From contig JBAXOY010000043.1 of the NCBI GenBank assembly GCA_037133055.1, positions 1-24,223 of the forward strand: DNA of 24,223 bases, written 5' to 3'. Origin of the DNA: Chlamydiota bacterium (GTDB lineage: Bacteria; Auribacterota; Tritonobacteria; UBA1439). Positions 1-9,141 of this stretch are shown piece after piece. How positions within the stretch are numbered: the stretch's first letter is position 1; each line of letters opens with the position of its first letter. The notes under the pieces were generated by a model that was not told the origin of the DNA, did no database searches, and was given only the letters and a program-made list of their open reading frames with translations. The position numbers were made by a program, and so were the translations under genes.

Positions 1-1
1 G

Positions 2-55
2 CGCGAGGGCGGCCGCACGGTCGGCGCGGGCAGGGTCTCCGAGGTCATAAAGTAG
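2..55 (+). CDS. tuf: Elongation factor Tu, C-terminal end (partial)
   Basis: Manual translation [17 protein letters not shown] matches the EF-Tu C-terminal signature; lies directly upstream of rpsJ. Confidence 0.95.
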   Translation, partial: REGGRTVGAGRVSEVIK

Positions 56-75
56 GGTTCAAGCGGTTTGAACCC
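55..75. repeat. Short hairpin GGGTTCAA-GCGGT-TTGAACCC, related to the TTGAACCGC 9-mer array at 16989-17050
   Basis: Perfect 8-bp stem; contains TTCAAGCGG, the reverse complement of CCGCTTGAA. Confidence 0.6.
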
Positions 76-108
76 GTTGGGCGGTGTGAACGGATAAGTG
101 AGGGAGTA

Positions 109-417
109 ATGGCAAAGCAGAGAATCAGGATACGGCTGAAGGCGTACGACCACAGGGTGCTCGACCAGTCCTCCGAGGAGATCGTCGAGACGGCCAAGAG
201 GACCGGGGCGAAGATATGCGGACCCATCCCGCTCCCCACGGAGATCGAGCGGTACACCGTGCTGCGCTCGCCCCATGTGGACAAGAAGTCGCGGGAGCAG
301 TTCGAGATACGGACCCACAAGCGGCTGCTGGACATCCTCGATCCGACCGCCAAAACGATCGACGAGCTGAAGAAGCTCAACCTGCCCGCCGGGGTGGACA
401 TCAAGATCAAGCTGTGA
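109..417 (+). CDS. rpsJ: 30S ribosomal protein S10
   Basis: [22 protein letters not shown] and [14 protein letters not shown] motifs; SD GAGGGAG. Confidence 0.99.
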   Translation: MAKQRIRIRLKAYDHRVLDQSSEEIVETAKRTGAKICGPIPLPTEIERYTVLRSPHVDKKSREQFEIRTHKRLLDILDPTAKTIDELKKLNLPAGVDIKIKL

Positions 418-449
418 CGGCGGTGACCGACGGGAGAGGCGTGGAAACG

Positions 450-1067
450 ATGGAGACACTCAGGGTGCTGGATGGAAACGGGCGCGAGGCCGGCACGGTC
501 GCGATATCCGAGAAGCTTCTGAAGGCGCGCGTGAACCCGCAGCTTCTGCACGATGTGATCACGGGCTATCGGCGGAACCGGCGCTCGGGGACCGCCTCGA
601 CCCTCACCAAGGGCGAGGTGGCGGGATCCGGCAAGAAGCCGTGGAGGCAGAAGGGGACCGGGCGCGCGCGGGCGGGGTATCGCCGCTCGCCGGTCTGGCG
701 CGGCGGCGGAGTCACGTTCGGCCCCAAACCGCGAGACTTCGCGCGGGTCATCCCGAAGGCCCTGAGGCGGAAGGCGCTTGCCGCGGCGTTCGCGGACAAG
801 GTGAGGTGCGGCGAGGTCGTGGTCGTGGACGCGGTCGCCTCCCTCGGAAAGACGAGGGAGATGGCGGGCTGGCTGAAGAAGATCGGGGCCGTGAAGAAGC
901 CGCTAATCGTCCTGGGCGCCCCTGACCCGGGTGTCGCGCGGGTCACCCGGAACATCCCCGGGGCCTCCGTGGCCCACCGCGGCGCCCTGAGCGCCTGGCT
1001 GCTGATGGCGCACGGCAGCGTGGTGATGGCACAGAGCGATTTCGAGCTATTGCAGGAGCAACTCTGA
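450..1067 (+). CDS. rplD: 50S ribosomal protein L4
   Basis: [15 protein letters not shown]...SPVWRGGG...GPKPR; start placed at ATG 450 (GTG 441 possible) inside ORF 216..1067. Confidence 0.97.
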   Translation: METLRVLDGNGREAGTVAISEKLLKARVNPQLLHDVITGYRRNRRSGTASTLTKGEVAGSGKKPWRQKGTGRARAGYRRSPVWRGGGVTFGPKPRDFARVIPKALRRKALAAAFADKVRCGEVVVVDAVASLGKTREMAGWLKKIGAVKKPLIVLGAPDPGVARVTRNIPGASVAHRGALSAWLLMAHGSVVMAQSDFELLQEQL

Positions 1068-1068
1068 G

Positions 1069-1353
1069 ATGAGGGACACACACGGTATTATCAGGGGGCC
1101 GGTGATCACCGAAAAGGCCGGCGCGGACATGGACGAGGGCGGCAAGTACGTCTTCGCGGTGGACACCCGGGCGAACAAGATCGAGATCAGGAAGGCCGTG
1201 GAGGTCGCCTTCAAGGTGAAGGTGACGAAGGTGAACACCATCAGCATGCGGGGGAAACTGAAGAGGGTCCGCTGGCAGATCGGCAAGACCCCCGACTGGA
1301 AAAAAGCGATCGTGACGCTCAGGAAGGGCGACAAGATCGAGTACGCAACATAA
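1069..1353 (+). CDS. rplW: 50S ribosomal protein L23
   Basis: PVITEKA, ANKIEIRKAVE and WKKAIVTL motifs. Confidence 0.98.
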   Translation: MRDTHGIIRGPVITEKAGADMDEGGKYVFAVDTRANKIEIRKAVEVAFKVKVTKVNTISMRGKLKRVRWQIGKTPDWKKAIVTLRKGDKIEYAT

Positions 1354-1364
1354 ACAATAGTGGT

Positions 1365-1425
1365 GCCACAGGGGACACAGAGGGCACCGAGAAAAATCAG
1401 CGGTTTCCTCTGTGACCTCTGTGGC
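1365..1425. repeat. Palindromic element, GCCACAG...CTGTGGC family, copy 1
   Basis: Arms 1365-1383 and 1407-1425 are 17/19 complementary; homologous to 6519-6583. Confidence 0.85.
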
Positions 1426-1451
1426 GAATCATCAACGTGGTGGAGTGAAAT

Positions 1452-2297
1452 ATGGGAATCAAAAATTACAAGCCGACGACCCCGAGCCGCCGCTGGACCA
1501 CGGGGCATGACTTCAAGGAGATCACCACGCGCACCCCCGAGCGGAGCCTGACCGTCGCCGTGCGGAAAAAGGCGGGCAGAAACTTCATGGGGCGCATCAT
1601 GGTGCGCCACATCGGCGGCGGGCACCGGCGGCGCTTCCGGATCATCGACTTCAAGCGCGACAAGGCGGGCATCCCCGCGCGGGTCGCGGCGATCGAGTAT
1701 GACCCGAACCGGACGGCGCGCCTCGCGCTCCTCCACTACGCCGACGGGGAGAAACGGTACATCCTGGCCCCCATCGGCCTCGGCGTCGGCGACAGCGTCG
1801 TGTCGGGCGAAAACGTCGAGGCGCGGGTCGGCAACGCGATGCCGCTCTCGCAGGTCCCCCTGGGGACCCAGATCCACAGCGTCGAGCTTGTCCCGGGGGG
1901 CGGGGGGATCCTCGCCCGCGGGGCGGGCATCGCCGCGGAGCTCATGTCGCGCAAGGGAGACCAGGCGAACGTCAGGCTCCCCTCGGGCGAGGTGCGGCTC
2001 GTGCACGTCAGGTGCATGGCGGTCATCGGGCAGGTCGGCAACACCGAGCACGAGGCGTTGAGCCTCGGCAAGGCGGGCCGGAGCCGGTGGATGGGGCGCC
2101 GCCCGAAGGTCCGCGGCGTGGCCCAGAACCCGGTCGATCACCCGATGGGCGGCGGAGAGGGAAGGTCGTCGGGCGGCAGGCATCCGTGCTCGCCCACCGG
2201 GGTGCTGGCGAAGGGCGGCAAGACCCGTTCGAAGAGCAAGCCCACGCGCCACATCATCCAGCCGAGGGTAACAAAGCGCCGGCGGGGCGGGGGCTGA
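1452..2297 (+). CDS. rplB: 50S ribosomal protein L2
   Basis: IEYDPNRTA and [18 protein letters not shown] motifs. Confidence 0.99.
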   Translation: MGIKNYKPTTPSRRWTTGHDFKEITTRTPERSLTVAVRKKAGRNFMGRIMVRHIGGGHRRRFRIIDFKRDKAGIPARVAAIEYDPNRTARLALLHYADGEKRYILAPIGLGVGDSVVSGENVEARVGNAMPLSQVPLGTQIHSVELVPGGGGILARGAGIAAELMSRKGDQANVRLPSGEVRLVHVRCMAVIGQVGNTEHEALSLGKAGRSRWMGRRPKVRGVAQNPVDHPMGGGEGRSSGGRHPCSPTGVLAKGGKTRSKSKPTRHIIQPRVTKRRRGGG

Positions 2298-2345
2298 TAG
2301 GCCTGACACGCGCGCCGCGCGCCGGGAAACACGTGAGGAGAGACA

Positions 2346-2630
2346 ATGGCAAGATCGATACGGAAGGGTGCGTTCGTCGACGAGAAACTGCTCAAGAAGG
2401 TCGAGCGGATGAACCGCAGCGATGAGCGGAGGCCGCTCAAGACCTGGGCGCGGAGGAGCACCATCGTGCCCGATTTCGTGGGACACACCTTCACGGTGCA
2501 CAACGGGAAGAAGTTCATCCCGGTGTTTGTCACCGAGAGCATGGTCGGGCACAAGCTCGGGGAGTTCTCTCCCACCCGGACCTTCAGGAAGCACGGCGTG
2601 CACACCGAGAAGTCGGCGGCCGTTAAATAG
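2346..2630 (+). CDS. rpsS: 30S ribosomal protein S19
   Basis: [16 protein letters not shown] and [13 protein letters not shown] motifs. Confidence 0.99.
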   Translation: MARSIRKGAFVDEKLLKKVERMNRSDERRPLKTWARRSTIVPDFVGHTFTVHNGKKFIPVFVTESMVGHKLGEFSPTRTFRKHGVHTEKSAAVK

Positions 2631-2652
2631 CTATCGAGCTATCGAGCAATAG
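2629..2652. repeat. 8-mer tandem repeat AGCTATCG AGCTATCG AGCAATAG
   Basis: Three units read directly in the rpsS-rplV spacer. Confidence 0.65.
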
Positions 2653-2659
2653 GGGATAG

Positions 2660-3055
2660 ATGATGAAAGAGGCAAGGGCGGTAGGCAACTATTTGCGGAT
2701 TGCGCCGCGGAAGGCGCGCCTTGTGGTCGATCTCATCCGCGGGCGCAGTGTGAACGACGCGATGAACGCGCTCGCGATGTGCCGCAAACGGGGCGTCCAG
2801 CCGGTGCGGAAGATCCTGGTCTCCGCGATGGCCAACGCGGCCGGGAAGGAAAAGCCGGTGGCGATGGTGGTGAAGGACGCCTATGTGGACGAGGGGCCGA
2901 CGCTGAAGCGGTACATGCCGCGCGCCATGGGCCGCGCGACGCAGATACGGAAGCGGACGAGCCGGATCACCATCGTGCTCCGGGAACAGGAGACGAAAAA
3001 CGAGCCCGTGAAGGCGAAGGCGCAGGGAAAGACGCGCGCGGCGAAGAAGGCCTGA
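2660..3055 (+). CDS. rplV: 50S ribosomal protein L22
   Basis: [16 protein letters not shown] and [18 protein letters not shown] motifs; Lys/Ala-rich tail. Confidence 0.98.
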   Translation: MMKEARAVGNYLRIAPRKARLVVDLIRGRSVNDAMNALAMCRKRGVQPVRKILVSAMANAAGKEKPVAMVVKDAYVDEGPTLKRYMPRAMGRATQIRKRTSRITIVLREQETKNEPVKAKAQGKTRAAKKA

Positions 3056-3101
3056 GCGGCTCGCCGCGCGGAACGCACTGAGGAATGACAGGGAGGTATG
3101 C

Positions 3102-3773
3102 GTGGGGCAGAAAGTTAATCCGATCGGGTTGCGGCTCGGGATCAATCAGGAGTGGCGCTCGAAGTGGTACGGCTCGAAGCGCGACTTCGGGACCATGCTC
3201 AGCGAGGACGTGAAGATCAGGGACTTCATAAAGGAGCGCCTGGGCTTCGCGGGCATCGCCCGGGTCTGCATTGAGCGGTACGGGAAGAGGGTCAGGATCA
3301 ATATCTGGAGCGCCCGGCCCGGCATCGTCATCGGCCGCAAGGGGGCCGAGATCGACAAGCTGCGGGACGAGCTCGTCGGGATGACGGGGCGGGAGATCGT
3401 GCTCGACGTGACCGAGATCAAGAGGCCGGAGGTCGAGGCCCAGCTCGTCGCGGAGAACGTCGCGGGTCAGCTCCTCAAGCGGGTTTCCTTCCGCCGGGCC
3501 ATGAAGCGCGCCGTGTCGCTCACCATGGACGCGGGGGCGCAGGGGGTTAAAATCCGCTGCGCGGGCCGGCTCGGGGGCGCCGAGATCGCGAGGTCGGAGG
3601 CGTACCGCGAGGGGAAGATCCCCCTGCACACGCTCCGCGCGGATATCGACTACGGGTTTGCCGAGTCGCGCACGGCCTACGGGCAGATCGGCGTCAAGGT
3701 ATGGATCTACAAGGGCGAAAAGGTTCTGGGAAGGGAGGTCGTTGGGGATGGTGCTCCAGCCCGTAAAAACTAA
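3102..3773 (+). CDS. rpsC: 30S ribosomal protein S3
   Basis: [22 protein letters not shown] and [12 protein letters not shown] motifs; GTG start with SD GGGAGG. Confidence 0.99.
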   Translation: MGQKVNPIGLRLGINQEWRSKWYGSKRDFGTMLSEDVKIRDFIKERLGFAGIARVCIERYGKRVRINIWSARPGIVIGRKGAEIDKLRDELVGMTGREIVLDVTEIKRPEVEAQLVAENVAGQLLKRVSFRRAMKRAVSLTMDAGAQGVKIRCAGRLGGAEIARSEAYREGKIPLHTLRADIDYGFAESRTAYGQIGVKVWIYKGEKVLGREVVGDGAPARKN

Positions 3774-4167
3774 GTTCAGGAAGCAGCAGCGCGGGATCAT
3801 GAAGGGTCACGCGACCCGGGGGACCACGGTCGCATTCGGCGAATACGGGCTTCAGTCGCTCGAGAACGCCTGGGTGACCACGACGCAGATCGAGGCCGCG
3901 CGCGTCGCCGTCACGCGGCACCTGAAGCGCCGGGGGAAGGTCTGGATACGCATATTCCCGGACAAGCCGGTCACCAAGAAGCCGGCCGAAACCCGGATGG
4001 GGAAGGGCAAGGGCGCGCCCGAGACGTGGGTGGCCGTGGTGCGGAAGGGGCGGATCATGTACGAGATCGACGGCATCACCCCGGCCGTGGCGCAGGAGGC
4101 GATGAGCCGCGCGGCGGCGAAACTCGGGATCAGGACCAGGTTTGTCTCGCGGAGCACCATGCGGTAG
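3748..4167 (+). CDS. rplP: 50S ribosomal protein L16
   Basis: KFRKQQRG and [13 protein letters not shown] motifs; ATG 3748 lies inside the 3' end of rpsC, SD GGGAGG at 3733. Confidence 0.97.
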   Translation: MVLQPVKTKFRKQQRGIMKGHATRGTTVAFGEYGLQSLENAWVTTTQIEAARVAVTRHLKRRGKVWIRIFPDKPVTKKPAETRMGKGKGAPETWVAVVRKGRIMYEIDGITPAVAQEAMSRAAAKLGIRTRFVSRSTMR

Positions 4168-4209
4168 GCGCGACGCGCGCGTGACCGCGCACGACGAGGG
4201 GTAACGACG

Positions 4210-4434
4210 GTGAAAGCGAAGGAAATGAGGGGAAAGGCGCCGGGCGAGCTCATGCATCTTCTCGCCGGATGGCGGGAGGAGCTGTTCAAGCTCAATGTGC
4301 AGGCCATGACGGGGCAGATGGAGCAGTATAGCCGGGGGGGCGCCCTGCGGAAGGATATCGCCCGGGCACTCACGGTGCTGAAGGGGCAGCCCGCGACGGG
4401 CGAGGCGGATGCGAAGGAGAAACAGGCGTCATGA
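4210..4434 (+). CDS. rpmC: 50S ribosomal protein L29
   Basis: Position between rplP and rpsQ; EELFKL and [12 protein letters not shown] motifs. Confidence 0.93.
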   Translation: MKAKEMRGKAPGELMHLLAGWREELFKLNVQAMTGQMEQYSRGGALRKDIARALTVLKGQPATGEADAKEKQAS

Positions 4435-4859
4435 CGAACCCAGCCAGGGGCAAGAGAAAAAGGCGCGTCGGGACGGTGGTCTCGGACGCGAGCGGGAAGA
4501 CCGTGATCGTGGAGGTGGGGCGCGTGCAGCGCCACGCGAAATACGACAAGGTGATGCGCGCGCACACGCGATGCTACGTCCACGACGAAGGCGAGGAGGC
4601 CGGCACGGGCGACGTGGTCCGCATCGAGGAGTGCAGGCCGATGAGCCGGCTCAAGCGGTGGCGCCTCGTCGAGATCGTCAAAAAGGGCAAGGGGGTCTCG
4701 GGCCCGGCGGGGACCGAGGAGGATGTCCGCGAGATCGAGGAGTCGATCCGCGGCAGGAAGGAAGCGGCTCCCGCCGCCGCGGCGGCGATCGAGGAGAGAG
4801 ACCGCGTTTCACCGGGGGCCGGCGCGGCCGTGGATGAGCGCGGGGGAGCGGCGACGTGA
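4431..4859 (+). CDS. rpsQ: 30S ribosomal protein S17 with C-terminal extension
   Basis: GTVVSD..KTVIV, HDE and [23 protein letters not shown] motifs. Confidence 0.97.
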   Translation: MTNPARGKRKRRVGTVVSDASGKTVIVEVGRVQRHAKYDKVMRAHTRCYVHDEGEEAGTGDVVRIEECRPMSRLKRWRLVEIVKKGKGVSGPAGTEEDVREIEESIRGRKEAAPAAAAAIEERDRVSPGAGAAVDERGGAAT

Positions 4860-5224
4860 TACAGCTCCGCACAAGGTGTGACGTGGCCGACAACACCGGC
4901 GCGCGCATGATCGCGTGCGTCAAGGTCCTCGGGGGGACCGGCAGGCGCTACGCGCACGTCGGGGACGTGATCATCGCCTCGGTCAAGGAGGCCGCCCCCG
5001 ACGGGATCATCAAGAAGGGCGAGGTCGTCCGAGGGGTCGTCGTTCGGACGAGGCAGCCGATACGGCGCGAGGACGGGTCGCTCCTCAGGTTCGACAGGAA
5101 CGCCGTGGTGATCATCGACCAGCAGAACAACCCGAAGGGCACCAGGATATTCGGCCCGGTCGCGCGGGAGCTGCGGGACAAGAACTTCATGAAGATCATC
5201 TCGCTCGCCCCGGAGGTCATCTGA
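4856..5224 (+). CDS. rplN: 50S ribosomal protein L14
   Basis: [19 protein letters not shown] and KIISLAPEV motifs. Confidence 0.99.
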   Translation: MIQLRTRCDVADNTGARMIACVKVLGGTGRRYAHVGDVIIASVKEAAPDGIIKKGEVVRGVVVRTRQPIRREDGSLLRFDRNAVVIIDQQNNPKGTRIFGPVARELRDKNFMKIISLAPEVI

Positions 5225-5289
5225 GGGGCGGTCGGCGGGATCGCGGGGAACCGGCCCCGCAGGCACAGGAACGGAGCGGGATTAGAGCG

Positions 5290-5619
5290 ATGAAGACGAG
5301 AATACGGAAAGGCGATGTGGTCATCGCCGTCGCGGGGAAGGAGCGCTTCGCCCGGAGGACGGGCGCGGTGCTCAGGGTGTTCCCCTCCACGGGGCGGGCG
5401 ATCGTGGAGGGATTCAACCTCTCGAAGCGGCACATGCGTCCGACGCAGAAGAACCCGAAGGGCGGCATCGTGCAGAAGGAGCGGTCGATCCACATGTCCA
5501 ATGTCATGCTCTACTGCGCGAAGTGCCAGCGCGGGGTCCGGGTGGGGAGCAAGGCCCTTGCCGACGGGACGAAGGCGCGGTGCTGCAGGAAGTGCGGAGA
5601 AGTGGTGGGGAAGGCATAA
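5290..5619 (+). CDS. rplX: 50S ribosomal protein L24 (Cys-containing form)
   Basis: IRKGDVV and GGIVQKERSIHMSNV motifs, plus CAKC...CRKC; start ATG 5290. Confidence 0.97.
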   Translation: MKTRIRKGDVVIAVAGKERFARRTGAVLRVFPSTGRAIVEGFNLSKRHMRPTQKNPKGGIVQKERSIHMSNVMLYCAKCQRGVRVGSKALADGTKARCCRKCGEVVGKA

Positions 5620-5621
5620 CG

Positions 5622-5742
5622 AAATCCCAAATCCCAAATCCCAAATCCCAAAATAGCGGGACTTGTGACGAGGGAACTGTATCCGTGGTCGCGAGGTATA
5701 AGACGTTAACTGTTGGGATTTGGGATTTGGGATTTGGGATTT
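5622..5742. repeat. Perfect 30-bp inverted repeat made of 7-mer tandem repeats: (AAATCCC)4AA - 61 nt - TT(GGGATTT)4
   Basis: Arms 5622-5651 and 5713-5742 are exact reverse complements. Confidence 0.97.
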
Positions 5743-5757
5743 ACCGAAAGGTGTGCC

Positions 5758-6300
5758 ATGTCGAGGTTGCGTGACAGATATCACAAGGAGATCGTGCCCG
5801 AACTGATGAAGCGCTTCGGCTACACGAACAGGCTGCAGGCGCCGCGCCTGGAGAAGATCGTCATCAACATGGGGGTGGGCGAAGCGACCCAGGACTCGAA
5901 GATCCTCGATGATGCGGCGGCGGATCTCGCCCTCATCTCGGGGCAGAAGCCCGCCCTGAGGCAGTCGTCGAAGAACATCTCCAACTTCAAGCTGCGCGCC
6001 GGGGTAAAGGTCGGCTGCAAGGTGACGCTCCGCGGCGCCATGATGTACGAGTTCTTCGACAGGCTGGTGAGCATTGCGCTCCCCCGCCTCAGGGACTTCC
6101 GCGGGGTTCCGCTCAAGTCGTTCGACGGACGCGGGAACTACGGGCTCGGCTTCTCCGAGCAGAGCATCTTCCCCGAGCTCGATCCGGACAAGATCAAGAG
6201 GGCCCAGGGGATGGACGTCGTCATCGTCACCACCTCGAAGACGGACGAGGAGGCGAAGACACTGCTCCAGTTCATGGGGATGCCGTTCGCAAAGAAGTGA
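5758..6300 (+). CDS. rplE: 50S ribosomal protein L5
   Basis: [24 protein letters not shown] and FDGRGNY motifs; ATG 5758. Confidence 0.99.
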   Translation: MSRLRDRYHKEIVPELMKRFGYTNRLQAPRLEKIVINMGVGEATQDSKILDDAAADLALISGQKPALRQSSKNISNFKLRAGVKVGCKVTLRGAMMYEFFDRLVSIALPRLRDFRGVPLKSFDGRGNYGLGFSEQSIFPELDPDKIKRAQGMDVVIVTTSKTDEEAKTLLQFMGMPFAKK

Positions 6301-6325
6301 GACGGAAGATGTGAGATGAGGAGAC
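6297..6325. repeat. Degenerate 7-mer tandem GTGAGAC GGAAGAT GTGAGAT GAGGAGAC
   Basis: Period-7 pattern in the rplE-rpsN spacer; the last unit overlaps the SD. Confidence 0.45.
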
Positions 6326-6326
6326 C

Positions 6327-6512
6327 ATGGCAAAGACGTGTCTGAGGGTGAAGGCTTCCCGAACACCGAAGTTCGGCGTCCGCGGGTATTTCCGCTGCAC
6401 GCGGTGCGGCCGGTCGCGGGGCTACCTGCGCAAGTTTCAGATGTGCAGGATCTGCTTCCGCCAGCTCGCGTCGCGGGGCGAGATCCCGGGCGTGGTGAAG
6501 GCCAGCTGGTAA
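6327..6512 (+). CDS. rpsN: 30S ribosomal protein S14, type Z (Zn-binding)
   Basis: 61 aa; CTRCGR...CRIC and [11 protein letters not shown] motifs. Confidence 0.98.
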   Translation: MAKTCLRVKASRTPKFGVRGYFRCTRCGRSRGYLRKFQMCRICFRQLASRGEIPGVVKASW

Positions 6513-6518
6513 GGTGTC

Positions 6519-6583
6519 GCCACAGAGTTCACATGGCGCGCAGAGATACGGGGGATAGGGTTTCCCTCTGCGCCCCCTGTGGC
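6519..6583. repeat. Palindromic element, GCCACAG...CTGTGGC family, copy 2
   Basis: Terminal GCCACAG/CTGTGGC, internal GCGCAGAG/CTCTGCGC; aligns with 1365-1425. Confidence 0.8.
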
Positions 6584-6608
6584 TCAATGATGAATAAGGA
6601 TGGATTAC

Positions 6609-7007
6609 ATGACGATGACCGATCCGATCGCGGATATGCTGACCAGGATCCGCAACGCCAGCAAGGCGCGCAACGAGTTTGTGGACATCCCGAAATCCAG
6701 CGTGAAGCTCAATCTGATCCGGCTCCTCAAGAGCGAGGGGTTCGTCGAGGATTTCAAGATCGTGGACGCCGTGCCGCAGGGGTTCCTGAGGGTGTTTATG
6801 AAGTACGCGGCCGGCGGGGAGCCGGTCATCCGCGGCCTGAAGAGGGTGAGCACCCCCGGCAGCAGGAAGTACGTGGGGAAGAAGAAGATCCCGCGGCCGC
6901 TCGGGGGGCTCGGCATCGCGATAGTCACGACCCCGAGGGGGATCATGACGGACACGCAGGCCCGCAAGGAGGGTGTGGGCGGGGAGTTGCTCTGCTACGC
7001 CTGGTAG
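6609..7007 (+). CDS. rpsH: 30S ribosomal protein S8
   Basis: TDPIADMLTRIRNA, GGLGIAIVTT and GVGGELLC motifs; start chosen from SD AAGGA at 6596. Confidence 0.98.
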   Translation: MTMTDPIADMLTRIRNASKARNEFVDIPKSSVKLNLIRLLKSEGFVEDFKIVDAVPQGFLRVFMKYAAGGEPVIRGLKRVSTPGSRKYVGKKKIPRPLGGLGIAIVTTPRGIMTDTQARKEGVGGELLCYAW

Positions 7008-7046
7008 GGAAGCGGAACAACCGCTACTCTAAATGGGAGTACGACA

Positions 7047-7592
7047 ATGTCGCGCGTAGGAAAAAAGCCGGTTGACCTGACGCCCGGGGTCCAGGTGACT
7101 ATCCAGGGGCGGAGCGTCGCGGTCAAGGGCCCCCTGGGAGAACTGAAGCTGAACATGGCCTTGGGCATCTCGGCCGCCCAGAAGGGAACGCAGGTGCTGG
7201 TCGCATGCGCGCCGGGGGCCAAGAACGGCTCCGCGCTTCACGGGGTCACGCGGACGCTTATCGCCAACATGGTGCACGGCGTCTCGAAGGGGTACGAGAA
7301 GACGCTCCAGATAATCGGCGTCGGCTACAAGGCGAAGATCGAGGGGCGGCACATCATCTTCTTGCTCGGCTTCTCGCACCCGATCGACTACGAGATTCCG
7401 AATGGAATCACGATCGTCCCCGGCAAGGAGAACACCCTGACGGTGTCGGGCTGCGACAAGCAGCTCGTCGGCCAGGTCTCCGCCGAGATACGCAGCTTCT
7501 ATCCGCCGGAGCCGTACAAGGGCAAGGGGATACGGTACAGGGACGAGTGGGTCCGCCGCAAGGCGGGCAAGGCGGTCGCATCGACGTCATGA
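7047..7592 (+). CDS. rplF: 50S ribosomal protein L6
   Basis: SRVGKKPV, LGFSHP and PPEPYKGKGIRY motifs. Confidence 0.99.
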   Translation: MSRVGKKPVDLTPGVQVTIQGRSVAVKGPLGELKLNMALGISAAQKGTQVLVACAPGAKNGSALHGVTRTLIANMVHGVSKGYEKTLQIIGVGYKAKIEGRHIIFLLGFSHPIDYEIPNGITIVPGKENTLTVSGCDKQLVGQVSAEIRSFYPPEPYKGKGIRYRDEWVRRKAGKAVASTS

Positions 7593-7639
7593 GGCAGTCG
7601 CGGCATGCACAGGCGCATTAACAAGGGGTTCTCGACACG

Positions 7640-8011
7640 ATGAAGAGAAGCGAGGGGACACGGTGGAGAAGGAAGATGCGCGTCAGGAAGCGCATCCACG
7701 GAACGGCCGCGCGGCCGCGGCTGAGCGTATTTCGCAGCTCCCTGCACATCTATGCCCAACTGATCGACGACGACAGCGGCGCCACGCTCGCCGCGGTGTC
7801 GACCCGCTCCCCCGCGTTCAGGGAGAAGGCCGCGGCGGCCGGGCAGAAGGCAGCCAACAAGGTTTCGGCCGGGGTCGTCGGGGATCTCATCGCCGGGATG
7901 GCGAAGGAGAAGGGGATCGCCGCGGTGGTCTTTGACCGGAACCGCTACCGCTACCACGGGCGGGTGAAGGCCCTGGCGGACGGGGCGCGGGCGGGCGGGC
8001 TCGCATTCTGA
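7640..8011 (+). CDS. rplR: 50S ribosomal protein L18
   Basis: [18 protein letters not shown] and [20 protein letters not shown] motifs. Confidence 0.98.
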   Translation: MKRSEGTRWRRKMRVRKRIHGTAARPRLSVFRSSLHIYAQLIDDDSGATLAAVSTRSPAFREKAAAAGQKAANKVSAGVVGDLIAGMAKEKGIAAVVFDRNRYRYHGRVKALADGARAGGLAF

Positions 8012-8091
8012 CGTTTCGACGATAACGGCGTGACGGCCGGGCAACGGAGAAGACACGGACGCGGCATCGCCGCTTCTGTAAGGAGGACCTG

Positions 8092-8619
8092 GTGGCGGAG
8101 AGACGAGAGAGGGATCGGGACAGGAATCGGGATCGGGACAAGAAGCGCGAGGCGGTCCCGGGCGAGATACAGGAGAAGGTGGTGAGCATCAACCGCTGCG
8201 CCAAGGTGGTCAAGGGCGGGCGCCGCTTCAGCTTCAGCGCCCTGGTGGTGAGCGGAGACAGGAACGGGAATATCGGCTACGGCTTTGGAAAGGCGAACGA
8301 GATCGCCGAGGCGATCAAGAAGGGGTCTGACTCATCGAGGAGGCAGGTCCTGCACATCCAGCGCCGCGGCGCCACCATCCCCCACGAGACGATAGGGGCG
8401 TACGGGGGCGCGCGCGTGCTGCTGAAGCCCGCGGCCCCGGGCACGGGCATCATCGCCGGCGGCGGGACGCGGATCGTCCTCGACCTCGCGGGGGTGAAGG
8501 ACGTGCTCGCGAAGTCGCTCAAGTCGAAGAACCCGATCAATGTTGTGAAGGCGACCTTCGACGCCCTCGAAAGTTTGAGGACGCGGGAACAGGTGATGGC
8601 GGCACGGGGGCTCGACTAA
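8092..8619 (+). CDS. rpsE: 30S ribosomal protein S5
   Basis: [16 protein letters not shown] and [12 protein letters not shown] motifs; SD AAGGAGG. Confidence 0.99.
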   Translation: MAERRERDRDRNRDRDKKREAVPGEIQEKVVSINRCAKVVKGGRRFSFSALVVSGDRNGNIGYGFGKANEIAEAIKKGSDSSRRQVLHIQRRGATIPHETIGAYGGARVLLKPAAPGTGIIAGGGTRIVLDLAGVKDVLAKSLKSKNPINVVKATFDALESLRTREQVMAARGLD

Positions 8620-8620
8620 G

Positions 8621-9085
8621 GTGAAACTGCACGAGCTGAAGAACAATCCGGGGGCGCGCACCCCCATAAAGCGCAGGGGAAGAGGGCCCGGTTCGGGCCA
8701 CGGCAAGACGAGCTGCCGCGGGCACAAAGGGCAGAAGGCGCGCTCGGGCGCGAAGCTCAGGCCGGGGTTCGAGGGCGGGCAGATGCCGCTCATCCGGAGA
8801 ATTCCCAAGCGGGGATTCCGCGCCCCGCGGGGGCCGCGCTTTGACGCGGTCAACGTGGAGCGGCTGAACGCCTTCGACGAGGGCAGCGTCGTGGACATGA
8901 AGGCCCTCGTTGCGCGCGGCATCGTGAAGCGGCTCAGCGACGGGGTGAAGATCCTCGGGAACGGCGCCCTCACGAAGCGGCTGGAGGTCGTCGCGGACGC
9001 GTTCAGCGCATCCGCGCGGAAAAAGATCGAAGAGGCGAAGGGCGCGGCGCGGATCGCGCGGGCGACGACGGGGGCGAAGGCCTGA
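8621..9085 (+). CDS. rplO: 50S ribosomal protein L15
   Basis: GRGPGSGHGKT..RGHKGQKARSG and FEGGQMPL motifs. Confidence 0.99.
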   Translation: MKLHELKNNPGARTPIKRRGRGPGSGHGKTSCRGHKGQKARSGAKLRPGFEGGQMPLIRRIPKRGFRAPRGPRFDAVNVERLNAFDEGSVVDMKALVARGIVKRLSDGVKILGNGALTKRLEVVADAFSASARKKIEEAKGAARIARATTGAKA

Positions 9086-9141
9086 ACCCCGCGCGGGGCG
9101 TTGCCCCGCCGGCGAGTGGACACTGTGGGGAGTGGAGTACG

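Noticed and set aside
216..449. N-terminal extension of L4 or a remnant of rplC
   Set aside because: Overlaps rpsJ in another frame and has no L3 motifs
1360..1551. Small ORFs arising from repeats (also 16866-17057 and 10428-10625)
   Set aside because: Translations of repeat elements that overlap real genes and lack SD support
5713..5757. L5 N-terminal extension [10 protein letters not shown]
   Set aside because: Translation of the repeat arm; the canonical start MSRLRD is at 5758 with an AAAGGTG SD
8111..8141. GGGATCGGGACA repeats as another DNA element
   Set aside because: Explained by Arg-Asp dipeptide coding in the S5 N-terminal tail
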